A DNA stretch of 64,000 nucleotides from Gammaproteobacteria bacterium (GCA_046757565.1 JBHHYN010000004.1:4086-68085); one strand, 5' to 3'; shown: positions 20,396 through 31,583, counted from the first letter of the stretch. Program-made: numbers and translations. Notes: generated by a model from the letters alone, not told the origin.

Positions 20396-21394
20396 ATGCC
20401 TAAACAGATAATTTTTACGACGAGTATTTTACTTGTTTCCCTGCTGCCGGCTGCAGTCATGGCGGACAGCGGCGGGCTTGACCCCATGCTGGCGGCATAC
20501 ACCAAGTCCAGCGGTGTTTCCGGCAATATTATCAGTGTCGGCTCGGATACCCTGGCCAATGTAATGACCGAGTGGGCAGAAGCATTTAAAAAACTTTATC
20601 CCAATGTCAACATACAGATCCAGGCAGCCGGGTCATCCACGGCGCCGCCGGCCTTGACCGAAGGAACCTCCAATTTTGGCCCCATGAGCCGCAAGATGAA
20701 GGACCGGGAGCTGGCCGCCTTTGAGAAAAAATACGGTTATAAGCCGACCCCTGTCCGGGTAGCCATCGATGCCCTCGCTGTCTACGTCAACAAGGACAAC
20801 CCCATCCAGGGACTGACCATTCCCCAGGTCGATGCAATTTTTTCCGCAACACGCAAATGCGGTTATGGTAAAGATATCAACACCTGGGGACAACTTGGTC
20901 TCAGCGGCGCCTGGGCGCACCGACCCATACAAATCTATGGGCGAAACTCTGTCTCCGGGACCTATGGATACTTCAAGAAACATGCCTTGTGTAAGGGGGA
21001 TTACCGGAATAGTGTCAACGAACAGCCCGGTTCCGCCTCGGTGGTCCAGGGCGTGACCAAGTCCATCAACGGTATCGGTTATTCCGGCATCGGCTACAAA
21101 ACCTCCGGGGTACGTGCCTTGCCACTGACAAAGAAGCCCGGCCACGCATTCATCGCGGCAACAACGGCTAATGCCATCAATGGCCGCTATCCACTGGCCC
21201 GTTTCCTGTATATATACGTGAATAAGGCCCCGAATAAACCCCTGTCACCGCTTGAGCGCGAGTTCATCAAGATGGTCCTCTCCAGGGTGGGACAGACAGT
21301 GGTCATAAAGGACGGCTATATCTCCTTGCCCTCCAAGATAGTGAACAAGGAGCTGGCCAGGGTTTCGGTCGACCTGGCCAGCAATAGAAAATGA
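20396..21394 (+). CDS. pstS: phosphate ABC transporter substrate-binding protein PstS
   Basis: 332 aa with signal peptide and PstS/PBP-family sequence ([18 protein letters not shown]...). Confidence 0.85.
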   Translation: MPKQIIFTTSILLVSLLPAAVMADSGGLDPMLAAYTKSSGVSGNIISVGSDTLANVMTEWAEAFKKLYPNVNIQIQAAGSSTAPPALTEGTSNFGPMSRKMKDRELAAFEKKYGYKPTPVRVAIDALAVYVNKDNPIQGLTIPQVDAIFSATRKCGYGKDINTWGQLGLSGAWAHRPIQIYGRNSVSGTYGYFKKHALCKGDYRNSVNEQPGSASVVQGVTKSINGIGYSGIGYKTSGVRALPLTKKPGHAFIAATTANAINGRYPLARFLYIYVNKAPNKPLSPLEREFIKMVLSRVGQTVVIKDGYISLPSKIVNKELARVSVDLASNRK

Positions 21395-21565
21395 ACAACA
21401 GGTGGGCAAGCACTAGAGATTTTTGGTTGGTTTTTTTAACTTTTATTATCTCTGTGACCTCTGTGCCCCTGTGGTTAATCAGAAATTTAAAATAAACCCC
21501 AAACAGTAAAAAAATAAAGCCCCTCTAGACTCTTGCAACCCCCCTCCTTCCTGCTTGAGTCCTTC

Positions 21566-21592
21566 CGGCCCCGCAATAGCGGGGCTTTTTTC
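21566..21592 (+). terminator. rho-independent terminator after pstS
   Basis: gccccgc-aata-gcggggc stem followed by tttttt. Confidence 0.6.
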
Positions 21593-21654
21593 TCCTGCAG
21601 GTTAATTATCTGTGAAGTAATAATATTGTCACATTTAAGCCCTACACTACCCGC

Positions 21655-23937
21655 ATGTCTGATGCCGATACATCGCTCGCCGCTATCATCCCGGCTTTTA
21701 ATTCCCCTGCTGCAGCGCGTTTCCGGAGCTGGCGTCATATCAGGGACATCGCCACCCGGCACCTGATGACCATTGGCGGCGTCAGCATTATTATTGCGAT
21801 CGTCCTGATTGCCTTTTATCTGTTCTACGTCGTACTGCCGATGTTCCGGCCCGCTCACATGCAACAACTGGGGGAGTATCCATTACCCGGCAATGCACAG
21901 GCTGGCACCCTGCTCTATGCCATGGAGGAACAGCATGAGATTGGCCTGCGCCTGAGCGCGGACGGACGCGCCGTTTTTTTCAGGACGAAAGATGGCCAGG
22001 TGTATGAAAAAGCAGACGGGTCAATTACCATGCCGGCCGCCATCACCGCCTTTGCCAGCGGTGACCCCGCGCAGAGGATTATTGCCCTCGGCTTCGCCGA
22101 CGGCACGGCAAAACTCATCCGGCATAATTACGCGGTATCCTATCCGGATGATGTACGGGTCATCACCCCCCGCCTTGACTACCCGTTCGGCGGGCAGCCC
22201 ATAGCAATCGACCCTGCAGGCAACAGTCTGGCGTTGATCAGCGCCCAGGCGGATGCGGAGCAGGCCACCATTGCCGCACTGACGGCTGATGGGCGTTTGC
22301 TCCTTGTCAACCTGCAGAGGGAAGAGTCCCTGCTCGAGGATGAGGTCACTTTAAACCGGACCGAAACCCGAATTCCCTCACCTGACAACCACATCAGTCA
22401 TCTGGTCCTCGATGTAGAACAGCGTGACCTGTACCTGGCAGACGAGAACGGATTCATCAGCTACCTGGATATCAGTGACAAGGCGAAACCGAGGCTAATA
22501 CAGCGGGTCAAGGCGGTGCCGGACGCTGTACACATCACCAGCCTCAAGTTCTTGAGTGGCGGGATTTCCATCCTGGTGGGTGATTCCCGCGGCACGGTGA
22601 CACAGTGGTTTCCGGTCAGGGACGCAGACAATAATTATACCCTTGAGAACATCCGTCATTTTGATGACCAGAATGCCCCAATCAACGCCATTGCCCCGGA
22701 ATACAACCGCAAGGGATTTCTTGCCATCGGCGAAGATGGGTCCCTGGGTATTTATCACACCACGGCCCATCGCACCGTGCTGCTGAGACAGATCAGCCCT
22801 GACAGTCTCTCCGCCATCGCTATCGCCCCACGCGCCAATGCGGCCCTGATAGAAGCTGCTGGCCGGCAACTGCAATTCTGGCGCATCGATAATGAATACC
22901 CCGAAGTCTCGTGGCAATCCCTGTGGGGGAAGGTCTGGTATGAAAGCCGGGATAAACCCGAGTATATCTGGCAATCGTCATCGGCGAGCAGTGACTTCGA
23001 GCCCAAGTTCAGCCTGACTCCACTGGCCTTTGGCACCCTGAAGGCCGCCTTCTATGCCATGCTGTTTGCCGTGCCTCTGGCGCTCATGGGTGCCATCTAT
23101 ACCGCCTATTTCATGTCGACGCCGATGCGCAGTTTTGTGAAGCCGACTATTGAAATTATGGCGGCGCTGCCGACCGTGATTCTGGGCTTTATCGCCGGAC
23201 TCTGGTTTGCGCCGTACGTGGAGCACCATCTGGCAGGCATATTACTGTTGCTTATCCTGATACCATTGGCGACGCTTGCCGCGGCATGGCTCTGGCGGCA
23301 ACTCCCGGCCGGGATGCAACATATCATTCCTAAAGGCTGGGAGGCAGCGCTACTGATACCGGTCATTCTCGTTGCCACTTTCATATCCATCTGGATTGGT
23401 CAATACCTCGAAACCCTGTTCTTCGGAGGCCACCTGCCCCTCTGGCTGACCCATGATATGGGGATCGATTATGATCAGCGCAACTCCCTCATTGTGGGCA
23501 TTGCCATCGCTTTCGCCGTCATACCGACCATCTTTTCCATCAGTGAAGACGCCATTTTCAGCGTTCCCAAACACCTGACCTCCGGTTCCCTGGCTTTGGG
23601 CGCCACTCCATGGCAGACCATGGTGCGGGTCGTCTTACTGACGGCGAGCCCGGGGATTTTTTCTGCCGTGATGATTGGGATGGGCCGGGCCATCGGCGAG
23701 ACCATGATCGTGGTGATGGCAACGGGCAACACCGCCATTATGGATATGAATATTTTCGAGGGGTTTCGCGCCCTGTCCGCCAATATCGCCGTGGAGATAC
23801 CGGAAGCCGAAGTGGGCAGCAGCCATTATCGTATTCTGTTCCTGGCAGCACTGGTACTGTTTCTCGCTACTTTTCTGTTCAATACCCTGGCGGAAGTGGT
23901 CCGGCAACGCCTGCGCACCCGATACAGCAACTTGTAA
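21655..23937 (+). CDS. pstC: phosphate ABC transporter permease PstC, long form with an N-terminal TM helix and a periplasmic beta-propeller-like domain
   Basis: 760 aa; the C-terminal 300 aa is a PstC permease core. Residues 60-440 contain repeated xDGxhhhh blade-like motifs (ADGRAVFF, ADGTAKLI, ADGRLLLV, DENGFISY, DSRGTVTQW, EDGSLGIY). Confidence 0.85.
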   Translation: MSDADTSLAAIIPAFNSPAAARFRSWRHIRDIATRHLMTIGGVSIIIAIVLIAFYLFYVVLPMFRPAHMQQLGEYPLPGNAQAGTLLYAMEEQHEIGLRLSADGRAVFFRTKDGQVYEKADGSITMPAAITAFASGDPAQRIIALGFADGTAKLIRHNYAVSYPDDVRVITPRLDYPFGGQPIAIDPAGNSLALISAQADAEQATIAALTADGRLLLVNLQREESLLEDEVTLNRTETRIPSPDNHISHLVLDVEQRDLYLADENGFISYLDISDKAKPRLIQRVKAVPDAVHITSLKFLSGGISILVGDSRGTVTQWFPVRDADNNYTLENIRHFDDQNAPINAIAPEYNRKGFLAIGEDGSLGIYHTTAHRTVLLRQISPDSLSAIAIAPRANAALIEAAGRQLQFWRIDNEYPEVSWQSLWGKVWYESRDKPEYIWQSSSASSDFEPKFSLTPLAFGTLKAAFYAMLFAVPLALMGAIYTAYFMSTPMRSFVKPTIEIMAALPTVILGFIAGLWFAPYVEHHLAGILLLLILIPLATLAAAWLWRQLPAGMQHIIPKGWEAALLIPVILVATFISIWIGQYLETLFFGGHLPLWLTHDMGIDYDQRNSLIVGIAIAFAVIPTIFSISEDAIFSVPKHLTSGSLALGATPWQTMVRVVLLTASPGIFSAVMIGMGRAIGETMIVVMATGNTAIMDMNIFEGFRALSANIAVEIPEAEVGSSHYRILFLAALVLFLATFLFNTLAEVVRQRLRTRYSNL

Positions 23938-25598
23938 TGGGCGGGAACATCAAGACCTGGATCGACAGCGGTGAGCCCTATATCTGGCTCAATGCCGGGG
24001 CAGTCAGTATATCGATCCTGCTTGTGACCGGTCTGGTGGGCATGATCACAGTGCGCGGGCTCGTTCATTTCTGGCCGGCGGCCGTGGTTGCACTCGACTA
24101 TACCGGGCAGGACGGTTCGATCACGCCTATTATCGGGGAATTGGTGGAGCATGAGCGAACAACCCTGGATCACCCTGGTCAGCAAAAAGGGCTAACCACA
24201 GGATCGCTTGTCGGCCGCTATCTGGTTAAAACCGGCAACCGAGATCTCTCCGGACTGGATTTCCGATGGGTTGATGAGACCGGCATGGGGAAACTGCAAC
24301 ATCCGGATAATGTGATGGTAGTTGAGCGCAGGGAATGGGGTAATTTTTACGGTTATCTGCACGAAATCAGGGAAAACGGGCAGGCCGTCAACCCGGAGAG
24401 TGGCCTGTGGCACACCTTTCAGACACAGATCCGGCGCAGTGGATCCCTGTTTGACCGGATCAGGCATACCGAGAAGGACCTGATCGGTAACATTAACTAC
24501 CGGATGGAACATCTGCGCCTGCAACAACGGGGCCTGACACTGCAGGGAATTTCCGATCCGGTCCGGATGAAGGCCATCAGCCGGCAACGCCGGCAGTTAC
24601 AACTGAAATATGATGGTTATACACAACAACTTGCCCGGCTCTACCGGCAACTCAACAGCGTTACTGTCATCGCCACCCAGGCCGATGGCAAGGAAGTCAC
24701 TATCCCCTTGTCCAAGGTAGTTCGCGCCTATCGTCCGAACCGGATGAGTATGCTGGAGAAGACGGCATTTTACTTTACGAAGTTGTGGGAATTCATTGCA
24801 GCCGAACCGCGGGAATCCAACACCGAAGGCGGCATCTTCCCGGCCATCTTCGGGACGGTCATAATGGTCATGATTATGGCAATCATGGTCACTCCGTTTG
24901 GAGTGATCGCTGCCATCTATCTACATGAGTATGCCCGGCAAGGGCCCTTGACCCGGTTAATCCGGATCGCCGTCAATAACCTCGCCGGGGTGCCATCTAT
25001 CGTCTATGGTGTGTTCGGGCTGGGTTTTTTCGTCTATTTCCTCGGCGGTCATATCGATCAGCTATTTTTCCCCGAGGCCCTGCCCACCCCCACCTTCGGC
25101 ACACCGGGCCTGCTCTGGGCATCCGTCACCCTGGCGCTGCTCACTGTCCCCGTTGTCATCGTAGCGACGGAAGAGGGCCTGTCCCGGGTCCCGCAGAACA
25201 TACGGGAAGGCAGCCTGGCCCTGGGTGCGACCAAGGCCGAGACCTTATGGTTAACCGTGTTGCCGATGACAGCCCCTGCCATGATAACGGGCTTGATACT
25301 GGCAATTGCCAGGGCAGCCGGAGAGGTCGCGCCCCTGATGTTGGTCGGTGTTGTCAAGCTTGCGCCGTCACTACCCCTGGATAGCAATTATCCGTTTCTG
25401 CATCTGGACAGAAAATTCATGCATCTGGGATTTCATATCTATGACGCAGGGTTTCAGAGCCCCAATGTTGAGGCAGCCAGGCCACTGGTCTACTCCACGG
25501 CCCTGCTGTTGATCGCCATTATTATCATTTTAAACCTGACAGCTATCAGGATTCGTAATAGGCTTAGGGAGAAATATCGTGCAGCAGAGCAATATTAG
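23937..25598 (+). CDS. pstA: phosphate ABC transporter permease PstA, long form
   Basis: ATG at 23937 overlaps the pstC stop (TAATG). 554 aa with an N-terminal periplasmic extension and a C-terminal PstA core. Confidence 0.85.
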   Translation: MGGNIKTWIDSGEPYIWLNAGAVSISILLVTGLVGMITVRGLVHFWPAAVVALDYTGQDGSITPIIGELVEHERTTLDHPGQQKGLTTGSLVGRYLVKTGNRDLSGLDFRWVDETGMGKLQHPDNVMVVERREWGNFYGYLHEIRENGQAVNPESGLWHTFQTQIRRSGSLFDRIRHTEKDLIGNINYRMEHLRLQQRGLTLQGISDPVRMKAISRQRRQLQLKYDGYTQQLARLYRQLNSVTVIATQADGKEVTIPLSKVVRAYRPNRMSMLEKTAFYFTKLWEFIAAEPRESNTEGGIFPAIFGTVIMVMIMAIMVTPFGVIAAIYLHEYARQGPLTRLIRIAVNNLAGVPSIVYGVFGLGFFVYFLGGHIDQLFFPEALPTPTFGTPGLLWASVTLALLTVPVVIVATEEGLSRVPQNIREGSLALGATKAETLWLTVLPMTAPAMITGLILAIARAAGEVAPLMLVGVVKLAPSLPLDSNYPFLHLDRKFMHLGFHIYDAGFQSPNVEAARPLVYSTALLLIAIIIILNLTAIRIRNRLREKYRAAEQY

Positions 25599-26493
25599 CA
25601 ATTTCGCGGAACTAAACGACAAATTTTCTGATGAACCGGAAACCATGCCGGAAACGGAGATAAGCACCACCACACCCACTCATGCGATGCATAGGGGGAC
25701 GCTGGTGCAACCAGAGAACAACCCCAGGCTTGCCGATGAGTCCATATGTATCCAGGTGCAGGATTTAAATCTTCACTATGCGGATAATCATGCCCTTAAA
25801 AATATCAGCATGGCTATCCCTGAACGGCGGGTCACGGCATTTATCGGCCCCAGCGGCTGCGGCAAGTCATCCCTGCTGCGCTGTTTCAATCGTATGAATG
25901 ACCTGATCGAGGGCGTACGCATCGATGGTGCAATCCACCTGCACGGTAACGATATCAATGATAAATCAGTCAATGTGGCGGAATTGCGCAGGCGTGTCGG
26001 CATGGTCTTTCAGAAACCCAACCCGTTTCCCAAATCGATTTATGAGAATGTAGCTTATGGGCTGCGCATCCAGGGCATTAAAAAACGCCGCATACTGGAT
26101 GCCGTCGTTGAAAAGTCGTTAAAACGGGCAGCCTTGTGGAATGAGGTCAAAGATCGACTGCATGTTAATGCCCTGGGGCTTTCCGGCGGGCAGCAGCAAA
26201 GGCTGGTCATCGCACGGGCAATCGCCATTGAACCGGAAGTCTTGTTGCTTGATGAACCGGCATCGTCACTGGATCCGATATCCACCCTGAAGATCGAAGA
26301 ACTGATTTATGAATTGAAATCGGATTACACCATCATCATCGTCACCCATAATATGCAACAGGCAGCGAGGGTTTCCGATTACACCGCCTATATATATCTG
26401 GGCGAGATGATCGAACACGATAACACCAATACCCTGTTCACCAATCCGGCGCAGAAGATTACCGAAGACTATATCACCGGCCGTTATGGATAA
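25579..26493 (+). CDS. pstB: phosphate ABC transporter ATP-binding protein PstB
   Basis: Walker [13 protein letters not shown] signature LSGGQQQRL, Walker B LLLDEP. The N-terminal extension may mean the true start is internal. Confidence 0.9.
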   Translation: MQQSNISNFAELNDKFSDEPETMPETEISTTTPTHAMHRGTLVQPENNPRLADESICIQVQDLNLHYADNHALKNISMAIPERRVTAFIGPSGCGKSSLLRCFNRMNDLIEGVRIDGAIHLHGNDINDKSVNVAELRRRVGMVFQKPNPFPKSIYENVAYGLRIQGIKKRRILDAVVEKSLKRAALWNEVKDRLHVNALGLSGGQQQRLVIARAIAIEPEVLLLDEPASSLDPISTLKIEELIYELKSDYTIIIVTHNMQQAARVSDYTAYIYLGEMIEHDNTNTLFTNPAQKITEDYITGRYG

Positions 26494-26582
26494 CATCAAC
26501 CGGCATTGCCTGTTCTGCGTACAGTCTAATAACCCGTAGCCTGGATATCGGGTTTTGTAGAGATGTTTCAGGAGCCAACATT

Positions 26583-27296
26583 ATGAGCGCGAGTCAACTA
26601 TCAAGACACATTTCCCGGCAATTCGACAATGAGTTGGAGAATATCCGTAACCAGGTGCTGTTGATGGGGGGCTTAATTGAGCAGCAATTGAGCGATGCCA
26701 TCAAGTCAATGACGGACTCCGATATGGAACTGGCGGAATCCGTAATCAGGAATGAGTTTGAGGTCAATCGATACGATGTCTCAATCGACGAAGAGTGTAC
26801 CCGGATCCTGGCCAGACGCCAGCCTGCCGCCGGTGACTTGCGTCTGATTATGGCCATCATCAAGACCATCACCGATCTGGAGCGGATCGGTGATGAGGCG
26901 GAAAAGGTCGCCAAAATGGCCATCGATCTCTCTGAAAAACAGGGACCAAGGTCGTATTATGTAGGGATTAACGCCATGGGTAATCATGTGTTAAAGATGC
27001 TGCATGACGCCCTGGATGCCTTCGCCCGCATGGACTCAGAGGCGGCCCTGGAGGTGGTGAGAAAAGAACCGGAATCCGATGAACAATACAGCGCCATACT
27101 CCGGCAATTGATCACCTATATGATGGAAGATCCGAGAAACATCACCAGCGCCATGGATGCGGTATGGACCGCTCGGGCCATGGAGCGGATCGGGGACCAT
27201 GTCCGCAACCTTTGCGAATATGTGATCTTTTTTGTTGAAGGCAAGGATGTGCGCCACATCAGCGTTGAAGAGATGGAAAAAAAAGTGCTGGGATAA
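26583..27296 (+). CDS. phoU: phosphate-specific transport system accessory protein PhoU
   Basis: 237 aa with duplicated PhoU domains (LERIGDEAEKVA / MERIGDHVRNLCE). Confidence 0.9.
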   Translation: MSASQLSRHISRQFDNELENIRNQVLLMGGLIEQQLSDAIKSMTDSDMELAESVIRNEFEVNRYDVSIDEECTRILARRQPAAGDLRLIMAIIKTITDLERIGDEAEKVAKMAIDLSEKQGPRSYYVGINAMGNHVLKMLHDALDAFARMDSEAALEVVRKEPESDEQYSAILRQLITYMMEDPRNITSAMDAVWTARAMERIGDHVRNLCEYVIFFVEGKDVRHISVEEMEKKVLG

Positions 27297-27457
27297 GACA
27301 GACTTTATCATGGAAAAACAGGTGGTTGCCTTGACCTTGATAGATTAAAGCCTGGTAAATTTCCGTATTTATTGATCTCCATCAATGACCGCTGCCTGAT
27401 TGTGTGATAAGGAAGCTCTGATTATTCATTCTGTTAGCTAAGAGTAACCGGTATTTA

Positions 27458-29533
27458 ATGGATACTGCCAACCTGAACAATCCAGAGGTCTATATCAATC
27501 GCGAACTGAGTATGCTCGAGTTCAACAGGCGGGTTATCGATCAGGCAAAAGACGAGAATGTCCCGTTGCTGGAAAGATTGCGATTTCTCTGTATTGCCAG
27601 TACCAACCTTGATGAGTTCTTTGAGATCCGTGTCGCCGGGATAAAACAACAGGTAAAATACCGTTCCGTCCAGACCGGTCCCGATAACCTCACTCCTACC
27701 GAGGTATTAAAGCGTATCAGCGAAACGGCGCATAAACTGGTCGAAGAGCAATACCGTGTTTTAAATGAGATTATCAGGCCGGAACTTGAAAAGGCCAAAA
27801 TAAGATTAAGGCCGCGTTCTTCATGGAAACCGGCAGTCGCCCGTTGGGTAAAACGCTATTTCAACGGCAATGTACGCCCCGTATTAAGTCCGATCGGGCT
27901 GGATCCGGCCCATCCCTTCCCCAGGATACTGAATAAAAACCTCTATTTTATCGTCTCGCTGGACGGCAAGGACGCCTTTGGCCGGGAGGCACGCCAGGCG
28001 ATTATACAAGCGCCCCGATCCTTACCCCGAGTGGTGCCTATACCCACCGAGAACAGCAGCGGCACAAACGATTTCGTATTACTCTCCTCCATCATCCACG
28101 CACAAGTGGACGATTTGTTCCCGGGTATGAAGGTGACCGGTTTTTATCAGTTCAAGGTGACCCGTGATAGCGATCTGTTTGTTGACGACGAAGAGGTGGA
28201 CGATTTACTCCGCGCCCTGGAGGGTGAGTTGCCTTCACGCCGGTTCAATGACGCGGTCAGACTTGAGGTCGCTGACAACTGTCCGGATGAACTTAGCAAC
28301 TTTCTCCTGCGGATATTTGATTTGCAGGAAAATGACCTGTACCGGGTAAAGGGCCCGGTCAATCTCAACCGCCTGCTTGCCATCGTCGAATTAATCGATC
28401 GACCGGATCTGAAATTCAGGGGTTTTACCCCCGATATTCCACCAAGGCTTCTGAAAAATACCGACATATTCGAAGCACTGCACCATGGCGATATCCTGTT
28501 GCATCATCCCTTTCAATCGTTCGCTCCCGTCATCGATTTCCTGCGTCAATCGGCCGTTGACCCCAATGTACTTTCGATCAAGCAGACCTTGTACCGGACC
28601 GGCGATGATTCGGCGATTATCGATGCTCTGAAGGAAGCGGCACGCTGCGGGAAAGAGGTCATGGTCGTCATCGAGTTAAGAGCCAGGTTTGATGAAGAGG
28701 CAAATATCGAACTTGCCAATGAATTACAGGAGGCAGGGGCCCATGTTGTCTATGGCGTCGTGGGATATAAAACCCATGCCAAAATGATCCTGGTGATACG
28801 CAGGGAAGGCCGCTCATTAAGGCGCTATGTGCACCTTGGCACGGGGAATTATCATGCCCGTACTTCGAGGCTCTATACCGACTACGGCCTGCTGACGTGT
28901 GACAAAGCGGTTGCCGAGGATGTCAATAAGCTGTTCCACCAGCTTACTGGCCTTGGACGGGCGAGTAAACTGAAAAAAATTCTTCAGTCACCTTTCACCC
29001 TGTATAAGGGGATGCTCGACTATATTGAGGAGGAGGCCAAAAACGCGCTTGAGGGCAAGCAGGCGCGCATCATCGCCAAGATGAATGCCCTGGTAGAACC
29101 AGGGATCATTCAGGCATTGTACCGGGCGTCGCAATCGGGTGTGAAGATCGATCTGATTATAAGAAGCATGTGTTGCCTGCGGCCCGGCATCAAGGGAATT
29201 TCGGAGAATATAAACGTCCGCTCTGTAGTCGGCCGGTTTCTTGAGCATACACGCGTCTTCTATTTTTATCACGATGGCAAGGAATTACTGTTTTGTTCCA
29301 GCGCAGACTGGATGCCCAGGAACCTCCACCATCGTGTGGAAACCTGCTTCCCGATTGAGGAAAAAAGACCACGGGAACATATAATAAAATATGGTTTGTT
29401 AAATTATCTTTCCGATAATACCCAGGCCTGGATTTTACAGGCAGATGGAAGCTATAAGCATAGTAAACCCGGTAGCCACAAACCCCGTGCAGCGCAGCAG
29501 ATATTGCTGGATCATCATTGTCATTTTATCTAA
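27458..29533 (+). CDS. ppk: polyphosphate kinase 1
   Basis: 691 aa; PPK1 N-terminus (INRELSMLEFNRRV...) and the duplicated PLD-like C-terminal domains. Confidence 0.95.
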   Translation: MDTANLNNPEVYINRELSMLEFNRRVIDQAKDENVPLLERLRFLCIASTNLDEFFEIRVAGIKQQVKYRSVQTGPDNLTPTEVLKRISETAHKLVEEQYRVLNEIIRPELEKAKIRLRPRSSWKPAVARWVKRYFNGNVRPVLSPIGLDPAHPFPRILNKNLYFIVSLDGKDAFGREARQAIIQAPRSLPRVVPIPTENSSGTNDFVLLSSIIHAQVDDLFPGMKVTGFYQFKVTRDSDLFVDDEEVDDLLRALEGELPSRRFNDAVRLEVADNCPDELSNFLLRIFDLQENDLYRVKGPVNLNRLLAIVELIDRPDLKFRGFTPDIPPRLLKNTDIFEALHHGDILLHHPFQSFAPVIDFLRQSAVDPNVLSIKQTLYRTGDDSAIIDALKEAARCGKEVMVVIELRARFDEEANIELANELQEAGAHVVYGVVGYKTHAKMILVIRREGRSLRRYVHLGTGNYHARTSRLYTDYGLLTCDKAVAEDVNKLFHQLTGLGRASKLKKILQSPFTLYKGMLDYIEEEAKNALEGKQARIIAKMNALVEPGIIQALYRASQSGVKIDLIIRSMCCLRPGIKGISENINVRSVVGRFLEHTRVFYFYHDGKELLFCSSADWMPRNLHHRVETCFPIEEKRPREHIIKYGLLNYLSDNTQAWILQADGSYKHSKPGSHKPRAAQQILLDHHCHFI

Positions 29534-31026
29534 TCAAATATAACCTTAAATCCCATCGCATCGAGATAATCTGTTTCAGTGTCAAGATCCGCCCGGGTCA
29601 GGGGATGCTGGTCGAGCCACCCTTCAGGGAATTCCAACTTTAAGCTATCGTCACCGGTATCGGCATTGATCTGCGGTAATGCCACATGAGAGCGGCTCCT
29701 GTGCAGCACTACGGCAAGCCTTAGTAAAATTGCGAGGTATTTTATTTTGCGCCTGTTCGCATGCTGTATCTCTTTCATCTCTTCAACAGGAAATTTTCTC
29801 CGGTGCGCCCGCACCAGCATGGCAAGGCTCAATTGCTCTTGACTTGAAAACCCCGGTAGATCCGAGTGAGAGAGCAGATAGGCGCCATGCCGGTGGTGCT
29901 GGGCATGGGCGATGGAGAGGCCTATTTCATGTATCTGCGATGCCCAGTGTAACAGCTGTAAATCGGGTTTTTTAGATAGTCCCCAGGCCTTCCTTACTTC
30001 CGCAAACAGGATGGTAGATGTCGCTTCAACCCGTTGTGCCTGTTCACTATCGACAGCATAACGTTGCATCAAACCGGCAATGGTTTTATCGCGGGTATCT
30101 TCATCATGGAGACGTCCGATGAGATCGTGCAACAGCCCCTCACGCAGGGCCCCATCCGAGACATCCATGCGCTCGATTTGCAGCGCCTCGAAAGCTGCGC
30201 AGAGAATCGCTACGCCACCGGGGAATACCGCTTTTCTGGCTTCCGGAAGCCCTTCCAAATCAAGTTTCTCCATTTTTCCGATCTTGAGCATGGTCTCTTT
30301 AAGGTTCTCCAGGGATTCGGCCGTTATGCCACTCTTACTCCACCCCTGGGCAGTAACCGTATCGTTGATACTGATGTTCGTCCCTGATGATCCGATGACC
30401 GAATCCCAGCCGACTCTTTTATAAGTTGTCTCGATCGATTCCAGTTCCAGTCGGGCGAACAGGATAGCCTTACGCATCTTCTTGGCGGTAATATCACCAT
30501 TGCCAAAAAACCGTTGGCTCATGCTGACACATCCCATATACAGACTTTCCATATAATGAGGCTCAAAACCCCGGCCTATAACCGCTTCTGTACTGCCGCC
30601 ACCTATATCAATCAGCAGGCGCCGGTCCTTTTTGTTATAGATAGTATGCGATACGCCCATATAGATAAGTCTCGCCTCTTCCCGGCCGGCTATGATTTCG
30701 ATGGGATGCCCCAGGGTCCGATAGGCGCGGTCCAGGAAATCGGCGCCGTTGCGCGCCTGACGCAGGGTATTGGTGCCCACCGCCCGGACATTGACTCTGG
30801 GGATCTCACGAATACGCTGGCCGAAACGTTGCAGGCAGTCAATGGCCCTCTCTATCGATTCTTCAGTCAGACAGTTGTTGCTGTCCAGGCCGGAGGCAAG
30901 TCTGACCATCTCCTTCAACCGGTCAACAATCTGCAGGCGATCCTCGCTATAATTCGCTACGATCATATGAAAACTGTTGGATCCCAAATCGACAGCGGCA
31001 AAATATTCGTTCGGAAAGCTAGTCAT
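29530..31026 (-). CDS. ppx: exopolyphosphatase / guanosine pentaphosphate phosphohydrolase (Ppx/GppA family)
   Basis: 498 aa; N-terminus AAVDLGSNSFHMIVA (ASKHA fold) and a C-terminal HD-like domain. Its 3' end overlaps the ppk 3' end by 4 nt, tail to tail. Confidence 0.9.
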   Translation of the reverse strand: MTSFPNEYFAAVDLGSNSFHMIVANYSEDRLQIVDRLKEMVRLASGLDSNNCLTEESIERAIDCLQRFGQRIREIPRVNVRAVGTNTLRQARNGADFLDRAYRTLGHPIEIIAGREEARLIYMGVSHTIYNKKDRRLLIDIGGGSTEAVIGRGFEPHYMESLYMGCVSMSQRFFGNGDITAKKMRKAILFARLELESIETTYKRVGWDSVIGSSGTNISINDTVTAQGWSKSGITAESLENLKETMLKIGKMEKLDLEGLPEARKAVFPGGVAILCAAFEALQIERMDVSDGALREGLLHDLIGRLHDEDTRDKTIAGLMQRYAVDSEQAQRVEATSTILFAEVRKAWGLSKKPDLQLLHWASQIHEIGLSIAHAQHHRHGAYLLSHSDLPGFSSQEQLSLAMLVRAHRRKFPVEEMKEIQHANRRKIKYLAILLRLAVVLHRSRSHVALPQINADTGDDSLKLEFPEGWLDQHPLTRADLDTETDYLDAMGFKVIFD

Positions 31027-31055
31027 CCAGCCGGACAGTAAAAATTAATGAGAGA

Positions 31056-31568
31056 ATGAGTAACCATAAACTAATTCTCATGCGTCATGCAAAATCGGAC
31101 TGGAAAAGCAGCGCCCAAACCGATTTTGACAGACCCCTTGCAGCAAGAGGGGAAAGAGATGCACCGCGGATGGGTGAATGGTTAAAAAAACAGGGGGTTA
31201 TTCCTGATCTGTTTCTGAGCTCTCCTGCCCTGCGTGCGAGACAGACGGCTTGTATTATGGCTGACGCGCTCGGTATTTTACAACAGGCTATAAACTGGGA
31301 TGAACGGATTTATAACGCCGGTTTGGATGATTTACTGGATATCATCGACACCAGTGCCGGAGACGCGTTGACCATGCTTCTGATAGGACACAACCCGGGG
31401 CTCGATTCGCTACTGGAATATTTCTCCGATGAGGCACTTGACTATAATCGGCAGAGAAAGCTGATGACCACAGCAGCCATAGCGGTGATCGATTTTGCCA
31501 AAGGACCCATTTCTACGTCCATACAGCATGCGCATTTGCAGCAGCTTATCCGGCCCAGGGAATTATAG
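31056..31568 (+). CDS. sixA: phosphohistidine phosphatase SixA
   Basis: 170 aa; histidine phosphatase motif LILMRHAKS. Confidence 0.8.
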   Translation: MSNHKLILMRHAKSDWKSSAQTDFDRPLAARGERDAPRMGEWLKKQGVIPDLFLSSPALRARQTACIMADALGILQQAINWDERIYNAGLDDLLDIIDTSAGDALTMLLIGHNPGLDSLLEYFSDEALDYNRQRKLMTTAAIAVIDFAKGPISTSIQHAHLQQLIRPREL

Positions 31569-31583
31569 GGGGAAACAATCCGG

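Noticed and set aside
21610-21640. Pho box in front of pstC (ctgtgaagtaataatattgtcacat)
   Set aside because: The 7-mers are not spaced 4 nt apart as in canonical boxes. It is kept only as a weak note and not called as a feature.
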